Assembly (NCBI GenBank): GCA_041577295.1
Contig: JBFGJG010000013.1
Coordinates: forward strand, 20,518 to 84,517
Direction of reading: 5' to 3'
DNA from: Gemmatimonadales bacterium
GTDB lineage: Bacteria > Gemmatimonadota > Gemmatimonadetes > Gemmatimonadales > GWC2-71-9
Length of the DNA: 64,000 nt
A model generated the notes under the pieces. It saw nothing but the letters and a program-made list of their open reading frames with translations. It searched no databases and had not been told where the DNA came from. Both the position numbers and the translations under genes were made by a program. The first letter of the stretch is position 1, and each line of letters begins with the position of its first letter. This document shows positions 61,601-64,000 of the stretch, piece by piece.

Positions 61601-62367
61601 CAGACCAGGACGCCTCGCTCCGAGGCCGTCACGAACGCCAACAGCCGCATGACTTCGGGGACGTGTTCGGCCTCGGGCTGGAGCGTCTCCACCGCGTCCA
61701 GCGTCGATAGCTCTGAATTGAAGAGCAGCCGATAGGCGTGCTTCAGCGCGCGGCGAACCTCCGGCGCGAAGCCCGCTCGCGTGAGGCCGACGGTGTTGAT
61801 GCCATAAAGTCGCAGCGGGTTCCCCGCCGCTCTGGCGTACGGCGGCACATCTTGCGGTACCCGTGAGCCACCGCCAACGAACGCATACGTCCCGATCCGC
61901 ACGAACTGGTGGACCGGAGTGAGGCCGCTGATCGTTGCATTGGCCTCGATGAGGACGTGTCCGGCGAGCTGAACCGCGTTGGCAAGGGTGACACCATCCT
62001 CCAACGTACAGTCGTGCGCGACGTGTGCGTACGCCATGAGGAAGCAGTCGCAACCAACCTGCGTGGTTCCGCGAGCCGTAGTGCCGCGATTGATCGTAAC
62101 GTACTCGCGAATGATCGTTCGGTCGCCGACCACGAGGCTCGTGGCTTCGCTGCGATACTTTCGGTCTTGTGGCGCCGTTCCCAACACGGCACCGGATGCG
62201 ACCGTGCACCGGCGTCCGAGCACGGTGTCGCCCTCGATTACGACGTGCGGGCCGATCTCCGTCTGATCGCCGATGGTGACATTGGGGCCGATGATGGCGT
62301 AGGGTCCCACTGAGACGGCGGTCCCGAGCTCGGCATGGCGGTCGATTACGGCGGATGGGTGTATCAA
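61600..62367 (-). CDS. lpxA: UDP-GlcNAc O-acyltransferase
   Basis: IHPSA, PQD.KY, HVAHDC, VHQF, GINTVGL. Confidence 0.96.
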   Translation of the reverse strand: MIHPSAVIDRHAELGTAVSVGPYAIIGPNVTIGDQTEIGPHVVIEGDTVLGRRCTVASGAVLGTAPQDRKYRSEATSLVVGDRTIIREYVTINRGTTARGTTQVGCDCFLMAYAHVAHDCTLEDGVTLANAVQLAGHVLIEANATISGLTPVHQFVRIGTYAFVGGGSRVPQDVPPYARAAGNPLRLYGINTVGLTRAGFAPEVRRALKHAYRLLFNSELSTLDAVETLQPEAEHVPEVMRLLAFVTASERGVLV

Positions 62368-63647
62368 GCGGAGGTTCGGTCAACGATGCGTGCCATCATC
62401 TCCGCTTCGGCAACGGCCCGACCCTCGACGAATGCCACGCCCCGCATCTTGCAGGTCTTGCCGCGAAACTGGAGCATTTCCAGCTCAAACAAGACTTGAT
62501 CGCCGGGAACGACGGGCCGCCGGAACTTCACACCGTCAATCGACATGAAATACACGACCTTGTCGCTGGGATCGTCCACGGCCCCCAGCAGCAACATTCC
62601 CCCGACCTGTGCCATCGCCTCAACAATCAACACGCCCGGCATGATGGGATGACCGGGAAAGTGCCCCTGGAAGAACGGTTCGTTGATCGTGACGTTCTTG
62701 AGTCCCACAATCCGCTTGCCGTCTTCGATCTCGAGGATCCTATCCACCAGGAGCATCGGATACCGGTGCGGCAATACGCCGAGAATGTCTTCGATTCCCA
62801 TGACGGCCGGCGTCGCCGTGCGCGCCGTACGCTTGAGCGCGCGCGCCAGCGCGACGTTGCCCCGGTGGCTGGGGCGAAACGCGACGATGTCGGCGCGGAC
62901 GCGGCCGCCGACGAGCGAAAGATCACCCAGCAGGTCTACGCTCTTGTGTCGCACGAACTCGTCAGGCCAGCGGAGGGTCCCGCTGGCCAGGCCGCGGTCG
63001 GAGAGCACGAGCGTGTTGTCCGGCGACGCTCCTCGCGCGAGCCCTCGCTCGTTCAGGTGCTTGGCCTCCTCCGAAAACCCAAACGTCCGCGCGCGGGCCA
63101 ACTCCGTGGCGAACGACTGCGGTGTGATATCGAAGCACCCGGATTGGCGTCCAATCAGCGGGTGGTCCCATTCGATGGTGACCGTGAGGCGCAGCCGATC
63201 CGACGGTGCTACCAGGTAGCGCGCGTCGCCCTCCCGCACGATCAGCGGGCTTGCAACCGTGACGATCGCCGGCGTGCCGGCGCTTTCCACAGGCGAGGCG
63301 CTCTCAAGCGCCTCGAAAAACGGGACGGCGCTTCCATCCCCAGCCGGCGGTTCGGGACCGTCGAGCTGTACGGTGACGTCATCGATCTCCTGCGCCGCGA
63401 GCGCTGCTAGGACGTGTTCCACCGTCGCGACCGTTGCCGATCCGTTGCCCAGCACTGTGCGGCGATCGACCTCGGTCACGTCTTCGAGGCGGGCGGTGAT
63501 GCGAGGCTTCCGTGGTAAGTCTGCTCGTTCGAACACGATGCCCGCACCCGACGCGGCCGGCGCGAAGGTCAGCGTGACGTCGGTGCCTGTGTGCAGGCCA
63601 ACGCCGGAGACTGTTGCCGCTTTGGCGATGGTCCGTCGGGCGGTCAT
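62364..63647 (-). CDS. lpxC: Bifunctional LpxC-FabZ fusion
   Basis: LpxC: GVGLHTG, TVEH, RHKSVDLLGD; FabZ: LPHRYPMLLVD, GHFP..PIMPGVL. Confidence 0.95.
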   Translation of the reverse strand: MTARRTIAKAATVSGVGLHTGTDVTLTFAPAASGAGIVFERADLPRKPRITARLEDVTEVDRRTVLGNGSATVATVEHVLAALAAQEIDDVTVQLDGPEPPAGDGSAVPFFEALESASPVESAGTPAIVTVASPLIVREGDARYLVAPSDRLRLTVTIEWDHPLIGRQSGCFDITPQSFATELARARTFGFSEEAKHLNERGLARGASPDNTLVLSDRGLASGTLRWPDEFVRHKSVDLLGDLSLVGGRVRADIVAFRPSHRGNVALARALKRTARTATPAVMGIEDILGVLPHRYPMLLVDRILEIEDGKRIVGLKNVTINEPFFQGHFPGHPIMPGVLIVEAMAQVGGMLLLGAVDDPSDKVVYFMSIDGVKFRRPVVPGDQVLFELEMLQFRGKTCKMRGVAFVEGRAVAEAEMMARIVDRTSA

Positions 63648-64000
63648 GGTTCAGCGAGGCGTTCTAGCTGGTCGACCACGGAGGTCAGCCGGGCCAATGC
63701 CGCCGTCTGACGGAGTACGGCACGGTGAGGCCGTGCGGGGTATCCGGACACCGTGGTGTTGGCGGGGACGTCGCCGATGACACCGCCCTGCGCAGCGACG
63801 CGCGCGCGCGCGCCAATCCGCAGGTGACCGGCGAGGCCTGCCTGGCCTCCGAGCATGACGTCGTCCTCGAGCACCGTGCTGCCTCCCAATCCGGCTTGAC
63901 CCATGATCACGCAACGCGCGCCGATTCGGACGTTGTGACCGATTTGCACGAGGTTGTCGATCTTGGTTCCTCTCCCCACTACGGTGTCGTCGAGCATGCC
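63644..64000 (-). CDS. lpxD: LpxD, 3' part (cut by window edge)
   Basis: DTVVGRGTKIDNLVQIGHNV, hexapeptide repeats, SGYPA. Confidence 0.93.
   Translation of the reverse strand, partial: GMLDDTVVGRGTKIDNLVQIGHNVRIGARCVIMGQAGLGGSTVLEDDVMLGGQAGLAGHLRIGARARVAAQGGVIGDVPANTTVSGYPARPHRAVLRQTAALARLTSVVDQLERLAEP

Noticed and set aside
62364..63647. LpxC-FabZ fusion as a novelty
   Set aside because: Well known in Bacteroidota and related phyla

Overview
GC-rich bacterial core-genome window from a diderm with LPS; gene content and order suggest Gemmatimonadota (inference). Left arm (1-38.5 kb) is almost all + strand: arcC end, sucCD, an EIIA-CBS fusion, ndk, yceD-rpmF-plsX-fabHDG-acpP-fabF, futalosine genes mqnEAC, purE, a GldAFG/DUF4340-type ABC system, ispF, xerD, kdsB-pyrG-kdsA-kdsC-lptCAB-rpoN, a five-gene polyprenol-linked glycosylation module and dapF. 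Right arm (38.7-64 kb) is entirely - strand: two tRNAs, apt, surE-pcm, der-plsY-gpsA, larC, thrC, uvrC, murJ, bshC with an adjacent methyltransferase, rlmH, a glutamate dehydrogenase and the lipid A genes. The arms converge on an AT-rich gap with a clear XerCD dif site (38647-38674), so the window probably spans the replication terminus. Most notable: a perfect DnaA box 5 bp from dif plus a 24-bp palindrome of two consensus DnaA boxes 1.5 kb away. Also notable: degenerate KdsB/KdsC with no kdsD, an LptB N-terminal extension, a probable N-methyl-bacillithiol pair and recurrent leaderless-type starts. No IS, prophage, CRISPR array or rRNA seen. All calls are by-eye motif recognition; no searches were run.
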